Source of the DNA: Patescibacteria group bacterium
GTDB lineage: Bacteria > Patescibacteriota > Patescibacteriia > Patescibacteriales > JAQTRU01
Assembly (NCBI GenBank): GCA_028711655.1
Contig: JAQTRU010000002.1
Location: 1 to 48,191, forward strand
Reading direction: 5' to 3'
DNA: 48,191 bases
In this document: piece by piece, positions 1 to 8,624 of the stretch
How the letters are laid out: each line of letters opens with the position of its first letter
Position numbering within the stretch: position 1 is the first letter of the stretch
The notes under the pieces: generated by a model
What the model saw: the letters and a program-made list of their open reading frames with translations, nothing else
The model's database searches: none
What the model was told of the DNA's origin: nothing
Translations under genes and position numbers: made by a program

Positions 1-664
1 CCCAGGCTGGGAAAGGCAAGGCATCAAGATTATCTGGGCGCGCTCCCAGGTAGCAGAAACGATGTCGGCCATTAATTTCGCCAAGGTAATATGGGGAGAG
101 TTGGCCGGCGTTTAAGGCTGATTGCCAGCCGCGATTTTTGATAATTTTGGCATCAAAGGCGATTTTAACAATCACCTCGTCGCCCTCACCGGCGGCAATC
201 CCGTCCAACTCCGGTATCCAGTCAAACAGAATTTTTCCGAATTCCGTTGCTAAGCCGCCGCCGCTGACCAAAAACGCCTTGGGTTGCAGATTTCTGGCTA
301 TTTTGGCCAGTCTTTTCTGCCAATCGAGGGTAGTGATAAGCCCGGAAAGAGCAATTAAATCCTGCTCCCCGTACTTACTTAAATACTTTCGGAGAAGAGA
401 AATGACTTCTTCTTCGGTCAAATGTCGGCCATTAGCCAGTCCTCTTCTTTCTGCCAGTTCATCCTTGACCCGATAACCATTTAAATCTACAATAACAACA
501 TCTGCCTCGTACTTGCGCAGGATAGAGGCCAGTAAAGCCGGGCCATAGGGCGGAGTATTCGGCAGGGCGGTTTCGCGCAAAGGCATGTTAATAAACATTA
601 CTTTTGCGCCCCGCAGGTTATCAGGACTAATACCCTTAATAACTTCAGCCGGATGAATAAACAT
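1..664 (-). CDS. B12-binding-domain radical SAM protein, N-terminal part (3' end runs off the window)
   Basis: Absent from the ORF track. Reverse-strand translation from ATG 664-662 stays open to position 1: MFIHPAEVIKGISPDNLRGAKVMFINMPLRETALPNTPPYGPALLASILRKYEADVVIVDLNGY...LVSGGGLATEFG...PDNLDALPFPAW. This layout is typical of the cobalamin-binding N-domain of class B radical SAM enzymes. AAAGGAG lies 9 nt upstream of the ATG. Confidence 0.6.
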   Translation of the reverse strand, partial: MFIHPAEVIKGISPDNLRGAKVMFINMPLRETALPNTPPYGPALLASILRKYEADVVIVDLNGYRVKDELAERRGLANGRHLTEEEVISLLRKYLSKYGEQDLIALSGLITTLDWQKRLAKIARNLQPKAFLVSGGGLATEFGKILFDWIPELDGIAAGEGDEVIVKIAFDAKIIKNRGWQSALNAGQLSPYYLGEINGRHRFCYLGARPDNLDALPFPAW

Positions 665-963
665 TTCGGGAAACTCCTTTCTTCTATTAAGTCTATTAAG
701 TTTTGTCTTTTTTTCTTTTTAAAGGGCGATAAATAGTAATATGATAATAGCTGAAAAACGTGTAAATGTCAAGTAGGCTGTTGACTTTTTTTATAAAATA
801 TAGTAAGGTGAAAAATCAGTTATGCTGAACCCCGTAATTTTAAACAATAAAAAACTATGAACCCCGTTAGAAATAAATTCCTAAACGGGGTTAACAGGGT
901 AAAAAATATTTAAAATATTAATTATATCGTTATGGAGAAAAAAAATAACAAAATTTCTAACGG

Positions 964-1779
964 GTGGAACAAAATAATCTTTTTTCTCTCGCGGGAAAGA
1001 CAGCGGTTTTAACCGGCGCTGGCGGATTTTTCGGGAGGTATTTTGCCGAAGCCTTGCTAATTGCCGGAGCCAAGGTTTTTTTAGTTGATATAACCGAGGA
1101 AAAGTTGAATTTTTTGAGTGATGAAAATCGCGGCCGATATAAAAAAATTGCGGTTGATTTATATGACAGAAAGAAGGCGGAAGATGTTTATCAAGAAATT
1201 TTAGATAAAAACAGGATAGATATTTTAGTTAATAACGCTTTTGATTTTAGTTTAAAAACCGGGTTTAATAATGAAAGCGGAAAGTTAGATAAAGCCACTT
1301 TTGAACAGTTACAAGCTTCCTTTGAATCTGGAATTTATTGGGCGGTTCAGGCGACGCAAAAGTTCGGCTTTGCTATGAAAAAACAGGGCCAGGGTTCAAT
1401 TACCAATATCTGTTCAATGTATGGCGTAATTGCGCCTTCGCCGGATTTATACGAAGGCACAGATAAATTTAATCCCCCCGGCTATAGTATGGCCAAGGCC
1501 GGTTTATTGCAATTTACCCGTTATGCGTCTTCATTTTTAAGCCCAGAAGTGCGCGTTAATGCGATTTCTCCCGGCGCTATCCCCAATACGGAAAGTCAGT
1601 CTTATAATGCTATTACTAATAATGATCCGGTTTTACAAAGGCTGCATAAAAAAATACTTTTAAAAAGAATGGGACACCCGAATGACTTAGTGGGGGCATT
1701 GATTTTTTTATCATCTGATTCAGCTAGTTATATAACCGGCCAGAATATAATCATTGATGGCGGACTAACCGTAACTTAA
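964..1779 (+). CDS. SDR-family NAD(P)-dependent oxidoreductase
   Basis: N-terminal Rossmann motif TGAGGFFG, NNAF, catalytic YSMAK (YxxxK). GTG start as in the track; the upstream ATG at 932 is in another frame and stops quickly. Confidence 0.8.
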   Translation: MEQNNLFSLAGKTAVLTGAGGFFGRYFAEALLIAGAKVFLVDITEEKLNFLSDENRGRYKKIAVDLYDRKKAEDVYQEILDKNRIDILVNNAFDFSLKTGFNNESGKLDKATFEQLQASFESGIYWAVQATQKFGFAMKKQGQGSITNICSMYGVIAPSPDLYEGTDKFNPPGYSMAKAGLLQFTRYASSFLSPEVRVNAISPGAIPNTESQSYNAITNNDPVLQRLHKKILLKRMGHPNDLVGALIFLSSDSASYITGQNIIIDGGLTVT

Positions 1780-1800
1780 AATAAAGAAGGGAGTTTTCCG

Positions 1801-2316
1801 ATGGGATCATTAACGAGAGAGGAACTGTTAAGAAAACTGGCCAAAGTAAAATTGTTGACCCTGGATTTTGACGGCACTTTAACCGACGGCTTTGTTTATT
1901 TCGGCGAGGATGGATATGAATTTGTTCGTTGCAGCCGCAAAGACAGCCTCGGCATTGAGTTAATAAGAGAGGCCGAGGTTGAGGTCGTTGTTTTGTCAAA
2001 GGAAGCAAATTCTATTGTTGCCACTCGTTGCAAGAAAATGGGAATTGAGTGCGTTCAAGCCATAAAGGATGGCGAGGGTAAAAGAGAAATTTTAGCAAGG
2101 GAAATGAAAAAACGCGGTTTAGTTCCCGAACGGGTCGCCTATATGGGAGATGATGTTAACGATTTAGAACCTTTGGAATTCGCCGGCCTTAGCATTACGG
2201 TTGCGGATGGCGATGACAGCCTGAAAGAAAAAGCGGATTTTGTAACTAGCCGCAGAGGGGGGGAGCACGCTGTTCGGGAAGTGTGTGATTTAATTCTTGA
2301 ATCCAGAAAGGGGTGA
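1801..2316 (+). CDS. HAD-IIIA phosphatase, KdsC / nonulosonate-9-phosphate phosphatase-like
   Basis: LDFDGTLTDG (HAD motif I) and GDDVNDL (motif IV); 171 aa is the KdsC size class; GAAGGGAG SD upstream. Confidence 0.75.
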   Translation: MGSLTREELLRKLAKVKLLTLDFDGTLTDGFVYFGEDGYEFVRCSRKDSLGIELIREAEVEVVVLSKEANSIVATRCKKMGIECVQAIKDGEGKREILAREMKKRGLVPERVAYMGDDVNDLEPLEFAGLSITVADGDDSLKEKADFVTSRRGGEHAVREVCDLILESRKG

Positions 2317-2321
2317 AAACT

Positions 2322-3359
2322 ATGTTCATTAAAGTCGACAATAGACTTATCGGACCCGGCCAGCCAACCTTTATAATCGCAGAGATTGGCATCAACCATA
2401 ACGGCAGCTTGCCAATGGCCCTGGAGTTGGTAAGGGTATGCAAGGAAATCGGTTGCGACGCCGTGAAGTTTCAAAAAAGAACGGTTCCGGTTGTTTACCA
2501 GGGGCAATTGGACGCTCCCAGAGCGGTGGATCCGAGCATAATTCAGAATGCTCGCGCCAGGACAAAGATAGAAGGCGTGCAATATGAAGTTTTTCCTCCT
2601 TCTTCTTTAGTCAGGCTGGCCGAAAATCCATCCAACACAACCAATGGAGACCTGAAGTACGCCTTGGAGTTGGGCTTGAAAGAATTTGATATGATTGATC
2701 GTCTATGCAGAGACTTGGGCATACTTTGGTCAGCCTCTGCTTGGGACGGGCTGTCCGCTCATTTCATCAACGGCTATGACGTCCAGTGGCTGAAAATCGC
2801 TTCTCCCTGTATGACAAATTCGGATCTTTTGCGGCGAGTTTGCCGTAAAGGAAAGCCTGTTTTTCTTTCAACCGGCGGAAGCACGATGGAACAGGTTGAG
2901 AAAGCGATTGCCGTCTTAAGGGAGGAAAACGAAAAGGCGGAAATAGTTCTGCTCCATTGCGTCTCTGTCTATCCCACTTTGGACGATCAGGCCAATATTA
3001 GGCTGGTTGACACTCTGCGGTTAGAGTTCCCCAAGATACTCATCGGTTACAGCGGGCATGAAGGGGATGACTTGGCGAGTTTAGTCGCCGTAAAACACGG
3101 CGCTTGTGTCGTGGAAAGGCATATTACTTTGGACAGGAATCTGCCGGGAAGCGATCACAAGGTCAGCTTGGACCCCGACCAATTCAGGAAGTTGGTTGAA
3201 AAAATCCGTCAGTTTGAGGAAGAACCAGCTAGCTTTGATTCTTTGGTCGGTCCGGAGAATTTAAACCGAGTCCCAATCATAGAGGGAGATGGGACAAAAA
3301 AGGTTTTGCCGTCGGAAGTCAGTGTTATGGAAAAACTGCGGCGGGTTAATGACCTATAA
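2322..3359 (+). CDS. NeuB-family nonulosonic acid (sialic/legionaminic/pseudaminic-type) synthase
   Basis: PTFIIAEIGINHNGSL...AVKFQK N-terminal signature with a C-terminal SAF-like tail. ATG 2322, preceded by AAAGGGGTGA, is preferred over the track GTG 2313, which overlaps the upstream stop. Confidence 0.8.
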   Translation: MFIKVDNRLIGPGQPTFIIAEIGINHNGSLPMALELVRVCKEIGCDAVKFQKRTVPVVYQGQLDAPRAVDPSIIQNARARTKIEGVQYEVFPPSSLVRLAENPSNTTNGDLKYALELGLKEFDMIDRLCRDLGILWSASAWDGLSAHFINGYDVQWLKIASPCMTNSDLLRRVCRKGKPVFLSTGGSTMEQVEKAIAVLREENEKAEIVLLHCVSVYPTLDDQANIRLVDTLRLEFPKILIGYSGHEGDDLASLVAVKHGACVVERHITLDRNLPGSDHKVSLDPDQFRKLVEKIRQFEEEPASFDSLVGPENLNRVPIIEGDGTKKVLPSEVSVMEKLRRVNDL

Positions 3360-3381
3360 GAGTCCTTTCACAAGAAAACAG

Positions 3382-3412
3382 AAGCCCCCAGTCTTTGACT
3401 AGGGGCTTTTTT
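3382..3412. terminator. bidirectional intrinsic terminator between convergent genes
   Basis: AGCCCCCAGTC-TTT-GACTAGGGGCT hairpin followed by TTTTTT, preceded by an A-run on the other strand. Confidence 0.65.
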
Positions 3413-3439
3413 ATTTGAAAATTAAATTTTTAAGAAAAT

Positions 3440-4804
3440 TTAAACTCCCTTTCTGCTTACTATTGTCGCTATCGTTTTTAAAATAATAGACAGGTCAAGA
3501 TAAATTGATCTGTTTTTTATATAAAATAAATCGTATTGGAGTTTTTTTAAGGTGTCTTCCCGACTCGGTGAGTGATATTCGCCGGAGATCTGATCCCAGC
3601 CGGTGATGCCGGGTTTCACTAGCATTCTTTCGTTATAAAAAGGAATTTTTTCTGCCAATTCTTTTATCAACTCCGGCCTTTCCGGGCGCGGACCGACAAA
3701 ACTCATTTCCCCGCGCAGGATATTTATCACCTGGGGAATTTCATCAATCCTGGTTTTACGCAGCCAAGAGCCGAATTTTGTAATGCGATTGTCATTCTTG
3801 GCGGTTGGGGAAAAATTATTATTTATAACCGTCATTGAGCGGAATTTGATTATCATAAAGGGTTTGTTATTTTTGCCGATTCTTGTCTGCTTAAAAAATA
3901 CCGGGCCCGGGCTTTCCAGTTTTATAATCGCCCCGATAATCGGCCAGAAAATCATAGTCCCGACTAAAATCAATAAAGCCAGAATAAAATCATAAAGCCG
4001 TTTTGCAAAACCAAATAAAGATTTTTTGCCTTCGCTTAAGTTTTCCAAAAACCACATCTGGTTGATTGATTCAACGGGGATGCGGCCGGTAATATTTTCA
4101 TAAAAATTGGGCAGGCCGGTGTAGCTAATCCTTAAAGGCAGGCAACCGAAAAGCGCGGTCCGCAATTCTTCTGACTGATGGGGATCGGCGGTAAGGATAA
4201 TGTCGGTAATTTTTTCAGAGCCGATGAGCGAATGCAGGCGGGAGACATCATTAAAAACAGGGGTTTCGCCGATATTTTTTTCCTCTTTATTTTTATCATC
4301 AACCACAAAAGCGACATTGTAGCCGAGATGCGGTTTTTCTCCCAATTCTTTCATTAATTCCAGCACCTGGTTGTTTAAACCGACGAAAGCGATATTTTTT
4401 TTCGGCAGATATGACTTTAAAGACCAATTGAAAAATTGCCGCCAAAGAAAGAATAAAATAGCAAAGATAATTACGTAAATTAAGAGATTTCTTTTCGGGG
4501 CGATGCTTATTTGTGGCGTCAAATAAAAGAAAGCGACGGACAGCAAGCTTGTTATCAGAAGATTTTTGCCGGTCAGGCGGAAGAAACTCGCGTTATTGGC
4601 GGCCAGATTCAAATCGTATAAATTGGAAATATAAAAAATCATAATCCAAACCAAAAAAATTATGGAAAAAGGCCCGACATGGCTTTGCCAGAGATCGTTT
4701 GTCGGCTTGTCCCAATAACGGATTAAAAGCGTCAGGTAGAGAGAAAGATAGAGGACCCCGATATCGCCGGCCAAAAGGATGAATTTTTTAAATTTATTGT
4801 CCAT
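3440..4804 (-). CDS. polyprenyl-phosphate glycosyl-1-phosphate transferase (WbaP/EpsB-type initiating sugar transferase)
   Basis: N-terminal TM helices, a central linker, and a C-terminal bacterial sugar transferase domain (FVGPRPERPE, KPGITGWDQISG, LQYDLFYIKNRS). Confidence 0.85.
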   Translation of the reverse strand: MDNKFKKFILLAGDIGVLYLSLYLTLLIRYWDKPTNDLWQSHVGPFSIIFLVWIMIFYISNLYDLNLAANNASFFRLTGKNLLITSLLSVAFFYLTPQISIAPKRNLLIYVIIFAILFFLWRQFFNWSLKSYLPKKNIAFVGLNNQVLELMKELGEKPHLGYNVAFVVDDKNKEEKNIGETPVFNDVSRLHSLIGSEKITDIILTADPHQSEELRTALFGCLPLRISYTGLPNFYENITGRIPVESINQMWFLENLSEGKKSLFGFAKRLYDFILALLILVGTMIFWPIIGAIIKLESPGPVFFKQTRIGKNNKPFMIIKFRSMTVINNNFSPTAKNDNRITKFGSWLRKTRIDEIPQVINILRGEMSFVGPRPERPELIKELAEKIPFYNERMLVKPGITGWDQISGEYHSPSREDTLKKLQYDLFYIKNRSIYLDLSIILKTIATIVSRKGV

Positions 4805-4880
4805 TTGAATTATGGGTTTTAGGTGTTAGTATTCATAATTTAGCAGATTTTTAGCGGGAAATCAAGCCAGAGGCTAGCTG

Positions 4881-4909
4881 TTGCGAATTATAAAACAGAA
4901 TGTTATAAT
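4881..4909 (+). promoter_or_regulatory. sigma70-type promoter with extended -10; predicted TSS at the holB ATG (leaderless)
   Basis: TTGCGA (4881-4886), 17-nt spacer, TGtTATAAT (4901-4909). Only 6 nt separate the -10 from ATG 4916 and there is no SD. Confidence 0.55.
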
Positions 4910-4915
4910 TTAATC

Positions 4916-6013
4916 ATGCCAGCAATTAAAAAACAGGAAAAAACGGATTGGCCGCTAGTGGGCAATAGCCATATTATCAGCTTTTTATCGGGGAGTATTG
5001 CTAATGAAAATATGGCTAATGCTTATATTTTTTTGGGGCCGCAGGACTTGGGCAAAGCCACAGTCGCCAGCTATTTCGCCAAGAGCTTGCTTTGCCAGAA
5101 CAGGGCCAAGTTGAAAAAGGGCGAGATTGTTTTTCCTTGCGGCGAATGCGTTTCCTGCCGAGCCCTAGCCGGCGTAAAAAGAAGCGATGCCGGGCCAGAC
5201 GAAGACAAAGAAAATAACCGCGGCATAATTCACGGCGACTTTCATCTGATAGAAAGGGAAAAAGACAAAAAAAATATTTCCATAGAGCAGGCCAGGGAAT
5301 TTATAAAGGATCTGAATTTAAGTTCATTTTTGGGATCTTATAAAGTGGGGATTATAAAAGAGGCGGATAGTTTAAGCCTGGAAGCCTCCAATGCTTTATT
5401 AAAAACCTTAGAGGAACCGAAGGAAAAAGTGGTTATCATATTGATTGCTTCCGGTCTGGAATCAATCCCGGCCACGATTGTTTCCCGCAGCCAGGTTTTG
5501 AATTTTTATCCGGTCCAAACCGACATCATCCATAATTATTTGGTGGAAGAGCTTAAGATTTCCAGGAGTTCGGCGAAAAATTTTTCAAAAATTTCTTTGG
5601 GTCGGCCGGCTTTGGCGGTTAAATTTTTAAAAGACAGGGATTTCTATAAAGATTATGAGGATAAAGCCAAGATTTTTTTAGATTTTGCCGGCAAGGATTT
5701 AAACGAACGGTTTCAGGGCATAGAAAAAATAATGGAGGGCGGCCCCTCCGGGCAGGAAAGCAACAAAAAAGCCTTAAAGATATTGGAAATTTGGCAGGGA
5801 GTGGTCCGCGATTTATTGCTTCTTGATTTGGGGCACAAGGATTTAATCCAGCACCACGTAATAGCCGAAGAATTAGCCGGACAGAGGGGAAAGTTTGGCG
5901 CCGGAACAGCGGTTTTAATAAATATAATCAAAAATTTGGAGGCGGGCAAAAAATACCTAAGGGCCAACGTCAATCCGAAGCTGGTGTTAGAGAATATCGC
6001 GATCAATATCTAA
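4916..6013 (+). CDS. holB: DNA polymerase III subunit delta-prime
   Basis: AYIFLGPQDLGKATVA P-loop-like segment, CGECVSCR zinc module, NALLKTLEEP box; 365 aa. Confidence 0.8.
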   Translation: MPAIKKQEKTDWPLVGNSHIISFLSGSIANENMANAYIFLGPQDLGKATVASYFAKSLLCQNRAKLKKGEIVFPCGECVSCRALAGVKRSDAGPDEDKENNRGIIHGDFHLIEREKDKKNISIEQAREFIKDLNLSSFLGSYKVGIIKEADSLSLEASNALLKTLEEPKEKVVIILIASGLESIPATIVSRSQVLNFYPVQTDIIHNYLVEELKISRSSAKNFSKISLGRPALAVKFLKDRDFYKDYEDKAKIFLDFAGKDLNERFQGIEKIMEGGPSGQESNKKALKILEIWQGVVRDLLLLDLGHKDLIQHHVIAEELAGQRGKFGAGTAVLINIIKNLEAGKKYLRANVNPKLVLENIAINI

Positions 6014-6055
6014 CATTGATTTTTTATCAATAAGATTTTGATGATTTTAAAGTGA

Positions 6056-6118
6056 GTTATTAGTTATGGGTTATAAGTTATACAAAATAATTGATAACCT
6101 ATAACTAATAACTAATAA
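6056..6118. repeat. imperfect 25-bp inverted repeat built from GTTATWA units
   Basis: GTTATTAGTTATGGGTTATAAGTTAT, 12-nt loop, ATAACCTATAACTAATAACTAATAA. The outer 11 bp are perfect and the inner arm matches 11/14. Confidence 0.7.
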
Positions 6119-6132
6119 TTTTTGATAAATAT

Positions 6133-7206
6133 ATGGCGAATAAAAAAAATAGTTTAATCACTCTTTTTTTAATGGTAATATTAGTTTTGACTATTTCCGG
6201 CTGTTCCATTAATTTTAAAACCGGAGAAGGGGGCGGAACTGACGGCGGCGTTTATGTGAGCGCAAATCAGGGCAACAATTGGCAGCAGAGAGTTTTGATT
6301 CCGACCACCAGCGGCAAACCGAGCAGCTTTGGCAATTTGAACGCCTTTTCTTTGGCCATGGATCCTAGTGATTCGGGAGCGGTTTACTTTGGCAGCATAG
6401 ACAATGGGCTTCTCTATACTTATAATGGGGCGCAGGGTTGGTTTTTGGCCGGCAGTTTAGCCAAAGCGACAATTGACGCCATTGCTATTGACCCGAACTC
6501 AAAGTGCGTAATCTACGCCAGCCTAGAAAATAAAGTTTATAAATCAACCGATTGCAGCCGGACTTGGTCTCAAATATATTATGACAATGATGTCAATACG
6601 AGAGTTAATGCTATCGCCGCGGATCATTACGACAGCGCTAATGTTTATATTGGCACTTCGCGGGGAGAAGTAATAAAAAGTTCAGACCGCGGCGAAAGCT
6701 GGAAAACCATCGGCCGTTTTGACAATAGCGTGCAAAAGATTGTTATCAGCCCGGCTGACAGCCGTTTGGTATTTGCCGCCACGGCCAAGAAGGGAATTTT
6801 CCGTTCAACCGACAGCGGCAATAATTGGACGGCCTTGGCTGAAAAAATGAAAGATTTCAAAGACAGCCTTAGCTTTAGGGATTTTGCCGTTGCTACCGCC
6901 GATAAAGGGTTGATATTTTTGGCAACGAATTACGGCTTGTTAAGATCGGCTGATAACGGGGAAAAGTGGGAAAAAATTGAACTAATCACGCCGGAGAAAA
7001 AGGCGACTATTAATTCCATCGCCATCAACCCGAAGAGTTCCAAAGAAATTTTCTATGTTACCAACACAACTTTTTATCGGTCTCTTGACGGTGGGACAAA
7101 TTGGGCGACAAAAAAACTGCCTACTACCCGAGCCGGCTGGAAGCTGCTGATTGATCCGGTTAATCCAAACATTATTTATATGGGCGTGAGGAAAATTGGA
7201 AATTAA
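6133..7206 (+). CDS. lipoprotein with BNR/Asp-box beta-propeller (Ycf48/sortilin-like)
   Basis: Signal peptide with lipobox LTISGC; six SxDxGxxW-type Asp-boxes (SANQGNNW, STDCSRTW, SSDRGESW, STDSGNNW, SADNGEKW, SLDGGTNW). Confidence 0.75.
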   Translation: MANKKNSLITLFLMVILVLTISGCSINFKTGEGGGTDGGVYVSANQGNNWQQRVLIPTTSGKPSSFGNLNAFSLAMDPSDSGAVYFGSIDNGLLYTYNGAQGWFLAGSLAKATIDAIAIDPNSKCVIYASLENKVYKSTDCSRTWSQIYYDNDVNTRVNAIAADHYDSANVYIGTSRGEVIKSSDRGESWKTIGRFDNSVQKIVISPADSRLVFAATAKKGIFRSTDSGNNWTALAEKMKDFKDSLSFRDFAVATADKGLIFLATNYGLLRSADNGEKWEKIELITPEKKATINSIAINPKSSKEIFYVTNTTFYRSLDGGTNWATKKLPTTRAGWKLLIDPVNPNIIYMGVRKIGN

Positions 7207-7220
7207 TAAGTTTTTGGCAA

Positions 7221-7250
7221 TTGGCTATTCGGGATTTGATTTGGTAAAAT
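7221..7250 (+). promoter_or_regulatory. candidate promoter upstream of the pilin-like gene
   Basis: TTGGCT, 18-nt spacer, TGgTAAAAT (extended -10). Implies a leader of about 130 nt before ATG 7388. Confidence 0.35.
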
Positions 7251-7387
7251 TTAATGAAGACTAAAAACCTTTAACCTTGGATAGCCCCCGGAACATACGG
7301 AAGATTATGCGATATGGCCCGAAGGAAAGAACAAAAAATTTTAGCGGGAACGTTATTGGATGTTTGGAAAAAAAAGGACTTTCCCCT

Positions 7388-7939
7388 ATGCTGAATTCTG
7401 GCGCGGGTTCACGCGGCAAGCGAGGGTTTACTTTAATTGAATTATTGGTGATTATATCCATTATCGGTTTTTTGTTGTCAACGGCGGCTTACGCCGTGAA
7501 TATCACCAGAATGAAAGCCGGGGACACAAGAAGAAAAGCCGATTTGAAACAAATCCAGAAAGCGCTTGAATTGTACTATGACCAAAAAAATTATTATCCC
7601 CCTTCAGCCGTGGGAAATGACACCTATTGTCTTAAGGATTTAGATGAGTTTGACATTGCCTGGTCGCTTACGGTTGAAACCGGCCTGATGAAATCCATGC
7701 CAAACGACCCGTTGACGCCGAACGGAAACTGTTATGACAATTGTTATCTTTACAGAAGCGATGCGACCGTCAATCCGGAGGGGAAAGCCAGGGGGTATGC
7801 CCTTATTACTTTATTAGAAAAACCCACTCCCGAAGATTTAGCCACCCAAAGGGGGCATTACCCCGATTGGGCGCAATGCGACCCCAATAGAGATTGGCCC
7901 AACAACGGTTATGCTCTATATGGCGGCATATGGCCATAA
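7388..7939 (+). CDS. type IV pilin-like / pseudopilin protein
   Basis: Class III signal peptide MLNSGAGSRGKRG|FTLIELLVIISIIGFL. The track start (TTG 7277) would give a 50-aa leader, so ATG 7388 with AAGGA upstream is preferred. Confidence 0.75.
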   Translation: MLNSGAGSRGKRGFTLIELLVIISIIGFLLSTAAYAVNITRMKAGDTRRKADLKQIQKALELYYDQKNYYPPSAVGNDTYCLKDLDEFDIAWSLTVETGLMKSMPNDPLTPNGNCYDNCYLYRSDATVNPEGKARGYALITLLEKPTPEDLATQRGHYPDWAQCDPNRDWPNNGYALYGGIWP

Positions 7940-7975
7940 GTGGATATTAATTTAATTATTATAATAATAAACAAT

Positions 7976-8530
7976 ATGAACAAGTATGTACTAGATAAGC
8001 AGGCGGAATTTAATAGCGCAATTGATTTTTTTAAAAAAGATATTGCCAGTTTGCGCACCGGACGGGCCAATCCGGCGATTTTAGAGGGGATTATGGCAGA
8101 AGCGTATGGCGCCAAAACTCCGCTCAGCGGCTTGGCCAGCATAAATGTTAGCGACGCCAAAAGCCTAGTGATTTCTCCTTGGGACAAAAACATAATAAAA
8201 GATATTGAAAAAGCCGTAGTGGCCGCTAATTTGGGCGTGGGCGTTGTTAATGAAGGGGATAAAATAAGAATAACGGTTCCTTCTATGACCGAAGAAAACC
8301 GGCGGGAATTGGTAAAAAAATTGAATGAAAAAATGGAGAAAGCCCGTATTACCATTAGGCAGGCTCGGGACGAGGCGAAAGAGGCAATAACCAGAGGAGA
8401 GGAGGAAAAAGAAATCGGCGAAGATGAAAAATTCAGATTTATTAAAGAGCTTGACGAAGAAGTGGGGAAGAAAAACGAGGAATTAAAAAATATAAGGGAT
8501 AAGAAAGAGGAGGAGATTTTAACAATTTAA
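7976..8530 (+). CDS. frr: ribosome recycling factor
   Basis: FKKDIASLRTGRANPAILEGIMAEAYGAKTPL...ISPWDKNIIKDIEKAV is classic Frr. ATG 7976 (MNKYVL) is preferred to the track start 7940, which adds an Ile/Asn-rich extension. Confidence 0.9.
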   Translation: MNKYVLDKQAEFNSAIDFFKKDIASLRTGRANPAILEGIMAEAYGAKTPLSGLASINVSDAKSLVISPWDKNIIKDIEKAVVAANLGVGVVNEGDKIRITVPSMTEENRRELVKKLNEKMEKARITIRQARDEAKEAITRGEEEKEIGEDEKFRFIKELDEEVGKKNEELKNIRDKKEEEILTI

Positions 8531-8533
8531 ACA

Positions 8534-8617
8534 GGATTATTGGGATTATGAAGATTCTTGGGATCCTTAGGAATTAATCGCAAGAATCCCAAAAGTCTTA
8601 AGATTCTCAAGAATCCC
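8534..8617. repeat. GGATTCTTRGG-family repeat, inverted-arm (hairpin) copy
   Basis: Forward units GGGATTATGAAGATTCTTGGGATCCTTAGGAAT, then reverse units CAAGAATCCC...AAGATTCTCAAGAATCCC, followed by T6 and directly by the rseP ATG. Confidence 0.7.
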
Positions 8618-8624
8618 ATTTTTT

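Noticed and set aside
138-476. 112-aa + strand ORF from the track
   Set aside because: The product is low-complexity and Ser/Pro/Ala-rich. It lies antisense to a coherent B12-binding radical SAM reading frame that is open across 1-664 on the minus strand and has an SD and ATG.
2313-2316. Alternative genetic code (UGA as Gly/Trp, as in some candidate phyla)
   Set aside because: TGA terminates well-delimited genes at 2314-2316, 15424-15426 and 20121-20123, with the next gene starting at or next to it. No conserved domain needs read-through of an in-frame TGA.
7277-7387. TTG 7277 start for the pilin-like gene
   Set aside because: It would create a ~50-aa leader before the G|F cleavage site. 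Prepilin leaders are short, so ATG 7388 fits.
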